Source: Candidatus Latescibacterota bacterium (GTDB taxonomy: Bacteria; Latescibacterota; UBA2968; UBA8231). Taken from it: a stretch of 64,000 bases of DNA. The stretch lies in assembly GCA_964291625.2 (NCBI GenBank), contig OZ220089.1, positions 256,001-320,000 of the forward strand, in the 5' to 3' direction. The notes under the pieces were generated by a model. The model ran no database searches. It was given only the letters and a program-made list of their open reading frames with translations, and had not been told where the DNA came from. Position numbers and translations under genes: made by a program. Positions 29,020 to 39,205 of this stretch are shown here, piece after piece (within the stretch, counting starts at the first letter, position 1; each line of letters starts with the position of its first letter).

Positions 29020-29670
29020 TTAGGCGGTCTGGCTCTGCCAGCGGCGCAGCAGGGCATCCACGAACCCGTGCCCGTAGGGCTCGAACTGGATACCCTTGCC
29101 CTCGGCGCGCTGTGCGAAATAGGTGTAGATGGCCAGCGAAGGCACGGCGATGACGAGACCGGTCACCGTCGTGATCAGCGCCTCGGAGATACCGGCGGCG
29201 ACGATCGTCGGCTCGCCCAGTCCCTTCTCGGCGATGCCCTCGAAGGCGCGGATCATTCCGTTCACCGTTCCCAGCAGGCCGAGGAGCACGACCGAGCTGG
29301 CGACGAACTGGATCACCGACAGGTAGCGCTCGAGGTAGCTGCTCGCGGCGCGCTCTACCGTGCCGTTCATCTCGGCGCGCATCTCCTCGATGCTGCGCTG
29401 CTCGCGGGAGAGGTGCTCGAAGCGCTCGATGCCCTCGGCGTAGACATCCCCCTCCAGACGGCCGATCTCCCTGCAGTACTCCTGGAGCTGGTCGAAGGAA
29501 GCCCCGGAGTCGATCCGGCCGGTGACGTCGTTGGTCACCTCGGACAGTTCATCCTCCGACCGCATCCGCGCGTAGGTGACGATGCGCTCGATGAAGAATC
29601 CGAGGGCCATGATCGACCACAAGCCGAGGGGCCACATGAACGGTCCACCATCCTGAAAGAACTCCAGCAT
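29020..29670 (-). CDS. exbB: MotA/TolQ/ExbB proton channel protein
   Basis: GGPFMWPL...IER; LLGLLGTVNGMIRAF; GISEALITTVTGLVIAVP; strong SD AAGGAGG. Confidence 0.93.
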   Translation of the reverse strand: MLEFFQDGGPFMWPLGLWSIMALGFFIERIVTYARMRSEDELSEVTNDVTGRIDSGASFDQLQEYCREIGRLEGDVYAEGIERFEHLSREQRSIEEMRAEMNGTVERAASSYLERYLSVIQFVASSVVLLGLLGTVNGMIRAFEGIAEKGLGEPTIVAAGISEALITTVTGLVIAVPSLAIYTYFAQRAEGKGIQFEPYGHGFVDALLRRWQSQTA

Positions 29671-29759
29671 GATCGCTGATCCTCCTTGAGTTAGGGCTCA
29701 GATCTCTCGGCCCGAATCACTGAGTAAAAGGTTCATTGCGATGCCATGGTTTCGGGTGC

Positions 29760-32700
29760 TCAGAGAACGCGCGCTTCCTCCAGCGCCTCCAACTGCTGCC
29801 TCGAGAAGTCCACCTGCGGCGAGAAGCGCTGGATGCTGCCGTACTTCTGGACCACCTGCTGGAACTCCTCGGCCGCTTTGCGGTACTCCTCGAGAGCCAT
29901 GTACGCCGAGGCGATGTTGACGGCTGCGTTGACCGCCTGGTCGCTGTCCGGAAAGCGCTCGATCACCTCCTTGAAGATCTCGATGGACTCCACGTACTGC
30001 TCGCCGTCGAACAAGGACTCGCCCGCGGCGTAGACGTTGTAGGCCTCGATCTCCGACAGGTGGCCGAGGAGGACGGACGCCTTGCGGCGCAGGGGCCGGT
30101 CCTTGGCTTTCAGACGCTGCTCGGGGAACATCTCCAGGAACTTCCGGTAGCTCGCCGAGGCGAGATCGTACTCCTTCTCGCCGTAGTAGTAGTCGCCCAG
30201 GGTGAATTGGCTGGCGGCGCCGAAATCGCCGTCGGGGTGCTCGGTGACGATCCGCTCGAAGAAGGGAAGGGCGTCGGCCTTGGTGTACTCCTCCCCCAGG
30301 TCGGAGAGGTGGATGATGGCCCACGCCTTGTTGTACAGGGCGTCGTCGACGACGTCCGACCGCGAATAGCGGCCCAGAACGGCGTCGTACTTGCGCATGG
30401 CCTCCCTGAAGATCCCCTTCTTGTTTTCCCGGGTCTCGCCCTGGGCCAGATTGAAGACCGCCTCCCCCGCCCGGAACAGGGACTGGGCCGCGAACTCGGA
30501 GCGCGGGAACTTCGAGGCGAGATCTTCGAAAGTCTTGCTGGACTCGCGCCACTTGCCCATGCGGTACTCGGCAAAAGCGGCGTAGTAGTAGGCGTAGACC
30601 ACCTTCTCGTCGTCGGGGTAGGCCGTGTAGTAGGTCCTGAAGGCCTCGGCCACGTAGGGCAGGTACTGCACGTTGCCGTCCCCCGACATCTTGTTGTATG
30701 CGGCTCCGATCTGGAACTGCGCGTTTCGCGCCCAGCCGATCTGCGGATAGTTGTCGACGATGGTCTGGTAGGTCTGGACCGCCTTCTCCAGGTCGCCGGA
30801 CCGGAACTGGCTGTTGCCCTGCACGAAGAGGGCGTTGGCAATGTCCTCCGCGTCGACGGCCAGATCGAGGAGCTGCTGCGAGGCCGCGACGCTCTGCTCG
30901 TATCGCCCGAGGCGGAAGTAGGCGCTGGCCATGCGGATCAGCACGCGCACCTTGTCCTCCTGCGTCGTCAGGCGCGCCAGCATGTCTTCGTAGGTGCGTA
31001 TCGCATCCTCCGGATCCTGCTTCTCCGCCATGGAGATCAGCTGCAGCTGGGCGTTGCGGGCCAGGGTCTCGTCGCCGGACTCGATCACCTGCGTCAACAG
31101 CTTCGTGGCCTCCGCGTCCTGCCCCTGCGCGGCGAAGGAGAGGGCCATGGCGAAGTTGACCTTCAGCGCCATGCTCTCGGCAAGGTCCTGATCCAGGAGC
31201 CACTGGTAGTCGGCCAGGGCCCTGGAGAACCGGTTGGCCTTGTGGTAAGCCAGGGCGCGGCCGTAGCGAACCTCCCGGATCACGCCCGACTCGGGGTATT
31301 CGTCGATGACCTTCGTGTATCGATTGATGGCGTCCACATAGTTGTCGTTGTTGAGATCGAGCTGGGCGATCTGGTAGTGGGCCTGGGCCTCCAGCGCCCG
31401 ATCGCCCGTGACGCCCTTCAGCAGTTGGTCGAGGACCCCGCGGCCCTCCTCGGAGCGGCCGGCGCCGATGTGGATGTTGGCCGCCTCGATCAGGGATGCC
31501 ACGTAGACCTCGCCGGCCTCGCGGCCGACGCGGGAGAAGGCGTCGATGGCGCCGTCCAGCTCACCCCTCTGCTTGTAGAGGAGCCCGAGGCCGTAGTTGG
31601 CATCGGCGGCATGGCGGGTCTCGCCGTAGTTGTCGGCGATGATGCGATAGGCCTCGATGGCCTCGTCGAAGCGCTGCTGCTCGGTGTTGACGCGGCCTAT
31701 CCGCAGCAGGCAGAGAGGCGCCTGATCGGACCGTGGGAAGCTCTCCACCACCTGTCCGTAGACATCCAGGGCGGTCTCGTAGTCCTCCAGCTTCTCGGAG
31801 GACCAGCCGGCGCTGTACAGGGCGTTGGCCCGCAGGCCGGTTTCGCTGTCGGGATAGAGGGTGGCGACGGCGGAGTACTCCTGGCGGGCCTCTTCGAAGT
31901 CCCCTGCGAAGTAGCGGGCCTCGCCCTTGTTGTACTGGGCGATGGGCGGGTACGGCGTGTCTCCGTAGAGTTCGATCACCTGGTTGTAGGTGGTGTAGGC
32001 CTCTTCGAAACGCTCCTGTTTCTGTGCCGGCTCCTCGGAGCGCTGGCCCCACTCCATGAAGTTGTCGCCGAGGCGCATCTGCACCTTGGCCTTGTAGAAC
32101 CGCTCCTCCGCAGTCTCCTGGGCCGTTATCAGCTCCTCGTAAGCCTCCTCGAAGGCGCCCCCCCGCCGATAGATCTCGGCGACGCGAAGAGAGGAGGTCT
32201 CGAAGAGCTGCCGGTAGTTGTCGAAGTCGACGTTCTTGCCCTCCCGGAAGGAGCCGCGGAGCAACTCGTACATCCGGTCGTAGAGATCGCGAACCTCCCG
32301 GTAGCCGGCGATCGCCTCCTCGCTGCGCCCCATCTGGTCGAAGGCCTGCGCCTTGAGATAGGTGGCCTGGGCGATGACGGGACTGCTGGGGTAGACCTCG
32401 AGGACGACCTCGGCCTCCTCGACGGCCATCTCGTACTCCTCCTTCTCGTAGTAGGAGGAGGCGATCCGGAACTGCGAGTCGGAGGCGTAACGATCGTCGG
32501 GATAGGCCTCCAGCATGCCCCGAAGCGCGGTGATGGCGTCGTCGTAGCGCTCGAGGTTGAACAGGCTCCAGCCCGAGTAGAAGTACGCCTCCCCCGCCAG
32601 GTCGGAGCTGGGGAAGAGGTCGGCGTAGCGCTTGTACTCCTCGGCGGCCTTGTCAAACTCCTTCTGCAGGAAGCGCGTCTCCGCCACGCGGAACTGCACG

Positions 32701-33053
32701 AGGGACCGGAAGTCCTCGTCCACCTCCTCCATGGCGATCACCTCGCGGAAGGCTCCCACCGCCTCCTCGTGCTGGCCGCTGCGCATGCGGGCGTTGCCCA
32801 GCTGGTACCAGGCCGCCGCCATCACCGGCAGCTCGAGGTCGTCGCCGAAGGTGACGCGCACGCTGTCGGTGCGCACGGCGGGGCTGTCGAACTTGACGAT
32901 CTTCGAGTACTCGAGGATCGCCCCCTCGTACTCGCCCAGGGCGTAGAGGCTCTGGCCGGCGTCGAAGTTCGTCTTCAGCGTCTGCGGCACCGGGAGGAAC
33001 AGGCTGGTGCCCACCCCCAGCCCCAGTGCGATCAGCCCGATCCAGATCGTCAT
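29760..33053 (-). CDS. Large (1097 aa) membrane-anchored TPR protein (BamD/YbgF-like repeats)
   Basis: N-terminal hydrophobic helix; many TPR units with YPxS linkers. Confidence 0.9.
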   Translation of the reverse strand: MTIWIGLIALGLGVGTSLFLPVPQTLKTNFDAGQSLYALGEYEGAILEYSKIVKFDSPAVRTDSVRVTFGDDLELPVMAAAWYQLGNARMRSGQHEEAVGAFREVIAMEEVDEDFRSLVQFRVAETRFLQKEFDKAAEEYKRYADLFPSSDLAGEAYFYSGWSLFNLERYDDAITALRGMLEAYPDDRYASDSQFRIASSYYEKEEYEMAVEEAEVVLEVYPSSPVIAQATYLKAQAFDQMGRSEEAIAGYREVRDLYDRMYELLRGSFREGKNVDFDNYRQLFETSSLRVAEIYRRGGAFEEAYEELITAQETAEERFYKAKVQMRLGDNFMEWGQRSEEPAQKQERFEEAYTTYNQVIELYGDTPYPPIAQYNKGEARYFAGDFEEARQEYSAVATLYPDSETGLRANALYSAGWSSEKLEDYETALDVYGQVVESFPRSDQAPLCLLRIGRVNTEQQRFDEAIEAYRIIADNYGETRHAADANYGLGLLYKQRGELDGAIDAFSRVGREAGEVYVASLIEAANIHIGAGRSEEGRGVLDQLLKGVTGDRALEAQAHYQIAQLDLNNDNYVDAINRYTKVIDEYPESGVIREVRYGRALAYHKANRFSRALADYQWLLDQDLAESMALKVNFAMALSFAAQGQDAEATKLLTQVIESGDETLARNAQLQLISMAEKQDPEDAIRTYEDMLARLTTQEDKVRVLIRMASAYFRLGRYEQSVAASQQLLDLAVDAEDIANALFVQGNSQFRSGDLEKAVQTYQTIVDNYPQIGWARNAQFQIGAAYNKMSGDGNVQYLPYVAEAFRTYYTAYPDDEKVVYAYYYAAFAEYRMGKWRESSKTFEDLASKFPRSEFAAQSLFRAGEAVFNLAQGETRENKKGIFREAMRKYDAVLGRYSRSDVVDDALYNKAWAIIHLSDLGEEYTKADALPFFERIVTEHPDGDFGAASQFTLGDYYYGEKEYDLASASYRKFLEMFPEQRLKAKDRPLRRKASVLLGHLSEIEAYNVYAAGESLFDGEQYVESIEIFKEVIERFPDSDQAVNAAVNIASAYMALEEYRKAAEEFQQVVQKYGSIQRFSPQVDFSRQQLEALEEARVL

Positions 33054-33071
33054 GGAAGGAGTCTCCTCTTC

Positions 33072-33998
33072 CTACAGTTGCCAGGCCAGGGAGAACCGGT
33101 GGGAGCCGTTGGCCTCGGACAGTTCGAGGGGGATGTGGTAGCCGTAGTCGAAGAGCATCTTGTTCCAGCGGTACCCCAGACCCGCGTTCAGGTCGCCCTT
33201 GGCGTCCTCTTCGAAGGCCCGGCTGCCGCCGGCGCGAAGCATCAGGCCCTCCACCAGGCTCGTCTCCCCGCCCAGCACCAGACGGCTCTCCGAACCATCG
33301 CCCCCCAAGTCCCGAACCGACCACTGAACCGAAAGCAGCATCTGGTCCCGGCGGTGGCTCACCCCCACCGACAGGTCCATCGGAAGGTCCCCCGCCCCCG
33401 ACTCCAGGGAGCCGCCGCAGTCGCAGGTGGCGTTCGGCTGAAGGACGTTCTGCAGTTGAACCCCCAGACGGGCCCCCTGAAACGGCGTCCGCCACAGAAG
33501 ACCCACGTCGGCGCCCACCGAACCCGCGCTCTGACCCGACACCGGGTCGTTGCTGTCGAAGTCCGACACCTGCCAGAACACGTACTTGCCCGTCAGGCCC
33601 AACTGGAGGTCCCGGCTCAGGCGATAGCCCACGCCCAGAAACGCCCCGTTCTCCGACATCTGCTCCGAGCCGATGCGCTCGTAGCCTACCCCCAGCGCCA
33701 GACGGCCGCCCAGGGGCTGCGTCAGAGACACCACGTGCTGGCCGAGGTCGTCCTCCTCCAGACCCGAGTGCAGAAGCGACACGTTGGTGTACGCCAGCTG
33801 ACGCCCCGTCAAGGTCGCCAGACCCGCCGGGTTGGCGAACATCGCATCGCCGTTGTCGGCCACCGCCACGAAGGCGTTGCCCAGCGACGCCGACCGGGCG
33901 CCGGCCCCGAGATTCTGGATGTTCACCACCGCTTCCGAACCCGTCACAAGGGACAGTACGAAAGCGAGGGACACGGTGATGGTGATCCGGCTTGCCAT
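33072..33998 (-). CDS. PorV/PorQ-family (FadL-like) outer-membrane beta-barrel
   Basis: SD AAGGAGG; signal peptide; GAGARSASLGNAFVAVADNGDAMFANPAGLA hatch motif; amphipathic strands; ends HRFSLAWQL. Confidence 0.8.
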   Translation of the reverse strand: MASRITITVSLAFVLSLVTGSEAVVNIQNLGAGARSASLGNAFVAVADNGDAMFANPAGLATLTGRQLAYTNVSLLHSGLEEDDLGQHVVSLTQPLGGRLALGVGYERIGSEQMSENGAFLGVGYRLSRDLQLGLTGKYVFWQVSDFDSNDPVSGQSAGSVGADVGLLWRTPFQGARLGVQLQNVLQPNATCDCGGSLESGAGDLPMDLSVGVSHRRDQMLLSVQWSVRDLGGDGSESRLVLGGETSLVEGLMLRAGGSRAFEEDAKGDLNAGLGYRWNKMLFDYGYHIPLELSEANGSHRFSLAWQL

Positions 33999-34051
33999 TT
34001 TAGGCTCCTCCTTGCTGGCCGCCCGCGTCTCCCGCGGGCCTGGGCGAGACA

Positions 34052-34804
34052 TCAGCCGGCCGTCTCGAGCTCGAGACGACCGTCGCGGAAGATCCGGCCG
34101 ATGTCGCGCTGGAATCGGCAGTTGATCCGTACCGTCTCCACGGGCTCGTTGCGGTGGTCGAACCGCAACACGGCGTCGTGGATGACGACTTCGACTTCGC
34201 TCACGTCGTGGTGGAGAGCGGGGAAGATGAGGAACCCCTCCACCTCCTGGCCGACGAAGACCTCCTCGTTCTTGTAGAGCGTTCGCCGCAGCAGATCGAG
34301 GCGCTCCTGGTACCGGGCGTACTCGTTGCCGCGGAAGCCGGTGGCGTAGGCCCGGTAATAGGTGTCGAGTTGCTGCAGCTGCAGGCTCCAGTACTCCGAG
34401 CCGCTCCCCGAGCGCAGGACGATGCGCGCGGGATCGATCTTGACCTTGGGATAGCGGTGGTTGGCGACCCGGAGGTGGAAGGTGGTGAACCGGGAGCGCT
34501 CGGCGTCGCCCTCCCAGAAGCGGGTGTCGCCGAAGGTGTAGGGGTTGGTCGACTGCGGACCGGAGACCGAATGGGGGAGGAACTGGCGGTTGAGATCGTC
34601 ATCTGTGAGGGCCTGAAGCTCGACTCGGAAATCCCCTTGGACGAAGGCGACGCCGCCTTGATCCGCCACCGTGCTCCCCAGCGGCTGCTGCAGGGAAGGC
34701 TGCAGGGGGCTGGCGTAATGATAGTAACCGCAGCCGGAGGCGCCACACAACCCCAGCAAGGCCGTAAGCCAGAGCGCACGTCGAAAGCGGGGGCATGGAA
34801 TCAT
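34052..34804 (-). CDS. Hypothetical lipoprotein
   Basis: Signal LWLTALLGLCGASGC; globular beta-rich body; NPYTFGD. Confidence 0.7.
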   Translation of the reverse strand: MIPCPRFRRALWLTALLGLCGASGCGYYHYASPLQPSLQQPLGSTVADQGGVAFVQGDFRVELQALTDDDLNRQFLPHSVSGPQSTNPYTFGDTRFWEGDAERSRFTTFHLRVANHRYPKVKIDPARIVLRSGSGSEYWSLQLQQLDTYYRAYATGFRGNEYARYQERLDLLRRTLYKNEEVFVGQEVEGFLIFPALHHDVSEVEVVIHDAVLRFDHRNEPVETVRINCRFQRDIGRIFRDGRLELETAG

Positions 34805-34837
34805 CGGCTGTCCGCGGAGTCCTCTCGGTCGAGGGCC

Positions 34838-35725
34838 TTAATATAGTGTTTCGGGCGCGGCAAATGTAGATTTTATCCGGCCCCAGGTCGAGGACCGGAC
34901 GAGGGTGGGGACCATGGGCGCCAGCCTGAGGTCGGTGAAGCGGTCGGCCAGCCGGAAGGCGTTGTATCCGCCGGAGAGGGACCACTTGGCGTCGAGCAGC
35001 TCCGAGTGCTCGTCGTAGTCGGCGAACTCCAGGTTGAACCCGATGACGTCGCCGGCGGCCAGCAGCCGGCGGCGGCTGAGGAAGTCGGCCGTCATGTCGA
35101 CCTCGTCGAAGACGGCCAGACTGAACTCGTAGCTGACGACGGCCGGCCCCCCCTCGGAGCCCTCCACGGCCATCGCCGCCCGGGTATACGCTCCGTCGGG
35201 CTCGGAGTACCATGCGGCGGCGGAGAAGTTCACGAGAAAGTCCCCGTCCTCGTGAGGCCCTGCCAGCACGAAGTGGCTCGCCTGGGCGCCGTTGCGCTCG
35301 AGCTGCTCGCTCTGGCTCAGGTCGCTGAAGTCGGCGTACTGGCCTCCGGAGTGGTCGCCGTCGACGAAGATCTCCAGATCGTCGTCCTGGAAGATGCGGG
35401 TGGTGGCCGTCCCTTGGGGGCGGTCGACCTGGTGGATGTCGTCGCGGACCTGGGCGGCGAGGTAGATCCGATTGGTGTGCGGGCTCCAGCCGATCCATAC
35501 CAGGATGTCCAGATCCTCGGCGTCGGCAGGAGCTTCATCCACGAGATCGACGAAGTCCTCCGTCGTCAGCGTCGCCCGGCCGGCCTGCGCCCAGTCCCCC
35601 AGCTGGCCGTCCACCTCGGGGGCCGCGCCCTCCGGGAACTGGAGGGCCGCCACCTCCCGGCCTTCGGGCAGGTGGCCGCTGGCCGACGACGCGGCCAGCA
35701 GGACGGCCAGACAGAGGGCTCGCAT
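34838..35725 (-). CDS. Secreted CBM9-like (sugar-binding/DOMON-like) protein with C-terminal TWGRIK motif
   Basis: Signal MRALCLAVLLAASSASG; PEVDGQLGDW, IYLAAQVRDD, DDLEIFVDGD, YEFSL, GDVIGFNL; ends SSTWGRIKSTF. An alternative start lies at 35761. Confidence 0.75.
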   Translation of the reverse strand: MRALCLAVLLAASSASGHLPEGREVAALQFPEGAAPEVDGQLGDWAQAGRATLTTEDFVDLVDEAPADAEDLDILVWIGWSPHTNRIYLAAQVRDDIHQVDRPQGTATTRIFQDDDLEIFVDGDHSGGQYADFSDLSQSEQLERNGAQASHFVLAGPHEDGDFLVNFSAAAWYSEPDGAYTRAAMAVEGSEGGPAVVSYEFSLAVFDEVDMTADFLSRRRLLAAGDVIGFNLEFADYDEHSELLDAKWSLSGGYNAFRLADRFTDLRLAPMVPTLVRSSTWGRIKSTFAAPETLY

Positions 35726-35967
35726 GCCGGCCGGAGCCGAGTTGTGGCGCGCGCAGGTCATGGTCGATGCCGGCGGCTGCCCACTGGAGAGGATATCCAG
35801 TCGAGGGGGATGATCGCGGATCGGTCGCGCGTAAGATAGCCCCCTGCCGGGGGCCGGCAACCGGCTTCGGCCGCACCGGCCGGACGCTCCGCGGCCCCGT
35901 CCCGCGACGTGCCCCGGGTATGGGTGTCTTGCCCCTCTGCGGCGCCTCCTTAGGTTCGGTCGGACCG

Positions 35968-37452
35968 ATGATTCGACGATCGATCCTCCCCCTGGCGCTG
36001 GCGCTCTGCCTGGGGTGCGGCCCCTCGCCGCAGCCGCCCGCAGAAGCCGCCGCCGCCGAGCGCCACCTGGCGGAGGGCCGCTACGGCGAGGCCCTGGCAC
36101 TCCTGCGGCAGCAGCTCGCGTCGGGGGACCTCCCTCGAGTGCACGCCGGCCTCGGGAACGCTCATGCCCGCCTCGGGCGCCTGGACTCCGCCGCCGCCCA
36201 CTACCAGGCCAGCCTCTCCCTCGATCCGCGGCCGGTGGAGGTCCACCACAACCTCGGCGTCGTGCTGGCCGACCTCGGGCGCTTCGACGAAGCCGTGGCC
36301 GCCCTCGAGCGCGCCGTCGACCTGGACCCTGGATTCGCGCCCTCCCACCTGACCCTCGGGCTCTTCCGCAGCAAGGTCGGCGACTACAAGGGCGCCGAAG
36401 CCGCTTTCCGAGCGGCCGCCGATGCCGGAGACCCTTCCGCGCACCGGCACCTCGGCGGGCTCTACGTCCGGCTCGGCCGCTACGACGAAGCCGACCGCGC
36501 CTTGGAGCAGGCCCTGAAGGCGAACCCCCGCGACGCCGAGAGCCACCGCCTGCGGGCGGTCTCGCTGCGGTCCCGCGGCGACCTGGAGGGGGCCGCGGCC
36601 TCCTTCTCGCGCGCCGTGGAGCTGGCCCCCGACGACCACGAGGCGCTCTTCGGCCTGGCCAACGTGAGGATCGCCTCGGGCGACACCGAGGGCGGCCGTC
36701 GCCTGCTGGAACGGTACGAGCAGCTGCGCCAGGGCGCCGGCGAGGTCGAGCACCTGCGCCGCCTCCTGGATGGGCGCCCCGGGGACGTGGAGGCGCGGAT
36801 GGCCCTCGCCGGGAGGCTCCTGCGGGACGGCCTCGAGCCGGAGGCGGCGAGACAGTACGAGGTGGTGCTGGCCTACGACGCCGGGCAGGTCGAGGCGCGG
36901 CTGCGCCTCGGGCAGCTGTACCGAGACCGGGGGGACACGCTCCGGGCCCTCCAGGCGCTGTCCGCCGCCCCCGTCGAGGACGCGCGCCTGGCCTTCTTCC
37001 TCGGCTCCCTGCAGCTGATGCACGGCGACCTGGAGGCGGGCGCCGCCACCCTCGAGCGCGCCGCTGTCCTGGACCCCGGCCGCGGGGAGGTCCTGAACAA
37101 CCTCGGCAACGTCCGCCTGATGCAGGGGAACCCCGAGGCGGCGGCCGCCGCCTTCCGCCGGGCCCTCGCCGCTGCCGCGCCGTCGGCGCAGGCCGCCCTC
37201 AACCTGGGAACCCTCTGGGTCCAGGCCGGGCGAGAGGACAGCGCCGCCGCCTGCTACCGGCTGGCCCTGGGAATCGACCCGGACCTGGCCGCCGCCCATC
37301 TCGCCCTCGCCCGCCTGCACGACCGCGGCGGCCGCCGCGGCGAGGCCGCCGCCTCGTACGAACGTCTGCTCGCGGCCTCCCCGGACCCGGCCCTGCGGGA
37401 GGAGGCCCGCGTATACCTCCGCCGCTGGAGAGAGCGGTCCGGGGGCGGCTGA
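35968..37452 (+). CDS. TPR-repeat lipoprotein
   Basis: Lipobox LALCLGC; repeated HNLG/NNLG TPR units. Confidence 0.88.
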   Translation: MIRRSILPLALALCLGCGPSPQPPAEAAAAERHLAEGRYGEALALLRQQLASGDLPRVHAGLGNAHARLGRLDSAAAHYQASLSLDPRPVEVHHNLGVVLADLGRFDEAVAALERAVDLDPGFAPSHLTLGLFRSKVGDYKGAEAAFRAAADAGDPSAHRHLGGLYVRLGRYDEADRALEQALKANPRDAESHRLRAVSLRSRGDLEGAAASFSRAVELAPDDHEALFGLANVRIASGDTEGGRRLLERYEQLRQGAGEVEHLRRLLDGRPGDVEARMALAGRLLRDGLEPEAARQYEVVLAYDAGQVEARLRLGQLYRDRGDTLRALQALSAAPVEDARLAFFLGSLQLMHGDLEAGAATLERAAVLDPGRGEVLNNLGNVRLMQGNPEAAAAAFRRALAAAAPSAQAALNLGTLWVQAGREDSAAACYRLALGIDPDLAAAHLALARLHDRGGRRGEAAASYERLLAASPDPALREEARVYLRRWRERSGGG

Positions 37453-37459
37453 CGCTGAC

Positions 37460-39196
37460 GTGACACCCTGGACCCTCGTGGCCCTGGCCGCCGCCCTGGC
37501 GGGCTGCCGGCCGGAGGCGCCCCCCGGGGCCGCCGGGCCCGCGGAGGGGCCGCCGCCCGCGGGATTCGCCGTCCGCTTCGTCGACGCGGCCGCCGAGGTC
37601 GGCCTCGACGCCGCCCACGTGAGCGGCTTCAGCGAGGCGCGGTTCTTCCCCGAGACCATGGGCGGCGGCGGCCTGTTGTGGGACTACGACCGCGACGGCT
37701 GGCTGGACGTGTACCTCGTCAACGGCAGACCCCTCGCCCCCGGCGACGACGGCCCCCCCGTCGGCAACCGGCTGTTCCGCGGCCTCGGGGACGGCACCTT
37801 CGCGGAGACGACCTCCGCGGCGGGTGTGGGCCACCGGGGCTACGGCAACGGCTGCGTCGCCGGCGATCTCGACGGCGACGGCGACGGCGATCTCTACGTC
37901 ACCAACTACGGCGCCGATGTGCTCTTCCGGAACGACGACGGCGCCTTTGGCGACATCACCCTCGCCGCCGGCCTCGGAGACCCGGGCTGGGGCACGGGGT
38001 GCGCCGTCCTCGATCACGACCTCGACGGCGACCTGGACCTCTACGTGGCGCGCTACGTCGACTACGAGCTGGCCGACGCCGCGACGGAGACGGTCCCGTA
38101 CCTCTCCCGCTCCGAGGGCGCCGGACCGGGAGGGCCGGGATACCCCCATCCCGACAACTTCGACGGCCTCGGCGACCTGCTGCTGCGCAACGACGGCGGC
38201 CCGGGTCCGGTCTTCACCGACGTGTCGGCCGCCGCCGGCGTCCACCTGGCCGGCGGCAAGGGCCTGGGCGTGGTCACCGCGGACGTGGACGGCGACGGCT
38301 GGACGGACCTGTACGTGGCCAACGACGCGACGCCGAACTACCTCTTCATCAATCGCCGGGACGGGACCTTCGAGGAGCGGGCCGCCCGCTCCGGGGTCGC
38401 CTACGGCGAGAGCGGCCTGCCGGAGGCGGGCATGGGGGTCGACGCCGCCGACTACGACGGCGACGGCCGCCTCGACCTCACGGTGACCAACTTCCAGGGA
38501 GAGCCGAACAGCCTCTTCCGCAACCAGGGGGACGGGTCCTACTTCCTGCCCGAGGCGTACGCCTCGGGCACCGGCGCCGTCACGGTCCCCGCCCTGGCCT
38601 TCGGCACCAACTGGGTCGACGTGGACGGCGACGGCCGGCTGGACCTGTTCGCGGCCAACGGCCACGTCCTCGACAACGTGCGCTCCTTCGACCGCTCGAC
38701 GACCTACCGCCAGCGCAACTTCCTGTTTCACAACCGCGGGCCGGGGGCCTACGGCAACACCCTCTTCGCCGACGTCACCTCCATCGCCGGCCCGGGCCTG
38801 GCCCAGGAGCGCGTGAGCCGCGGCTCGGCCGCCGGCGACCTGGACAACGACGGCGACCCGGACCTCCTGGTGATCAACCTCGGGGACCGGGTGTCGTTGC
38901 TGCGCAACGAGGGCGGCAACGGCAACGGCTGGCTGTCGGTGCGCCTGCGGCGGGCCTCCTCCGGCGGCGGCGAGGGCGCCCGGCTGCGACTGCACTCGCC
39001 GTCGGGAACACAGTGGCGGGAGGTCAGCAGCGGCCGCAGCTACCTGTCCCAGAGCGATCCCCGGGTGCTCTTCGGCCTCGGGCCGGACAGCCGGGTGGAC
39101 AGCCTGGAGGTCTGGTGGCCGGGCGGGGCCCGCGAGGTCTACCGGGACCTGGAGGCGGGCCGGTTCCTCGACCTGGTCGAGAACGGGGCCCGCTGA
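37460..39196 (+). CDS. CRTAC1-family lipoprotein (FG-GAP repeats plus ASPIC/UnbV)
   Basis: Lipobox LAGC; ETMGGGG...DYDRDGWLDVY; multiple DxDGDGxxD; SYLSQSDPRVLFGLG. Confidence 0.9.
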   Translation: MTPWTLVALAAALAGCRPEAPPGAAGPAEGPPPAGFAVRFVDAAAEVGLDAAHVSGFSEARFFPETMGGGGLLWDYDRDGWLDVYLVNGRPLAPGDDGPPVGNRLFRGLGDGTFAETTSAAGVGHRGYGNGCVAGDLDGDGDGDLYVTNYGADVLFRNDDGAFGDITLAAGLGDPGWGTGCAVLDHDLDGDLDLYVARYVDYELADAATETVPYLSRSEGAGPGGPGYPHPDNFDGLGDLLLRNDGGPGPVFTDVSAAAGVHLAGGKGLGVVTADVDGDGWTDLYVANDATPNYLFINRRDGTFEERAARSGVAYGESGLPEAGMGVDAADYDGDGRLDLTVTNFQGEPNSLFRNQGDGSYFLPEAYASGTGAVTVPALAFGTNWVDVDGDGRLDLFAANGHVLDNVRSFDRSTTYRQRNFLFHNRGPGAYGNTLFADVTSIAGPGLAQERVSRGSAAGDLDNDGDPDLLVINLGDRVSLLRNEGGNGNGWLSVRLRRASSGGGEGARLRLHSPSGTQWREVSSGRSYLSQSDPRVLFGLGPDSRVDSLEVWWPGGAREVYRDLEAGRFLDLVENGAR

Positions 39197-39205
39197 ACTC
39201 TCCCG

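Noticed and set aside
28588-29670. Canonical Tol-Pal or TonB-dependent uptake locus
   Set aside because: No tolA/tolB/pal and no TonB-dependent receptor with a plug domain is recognisable next to it.
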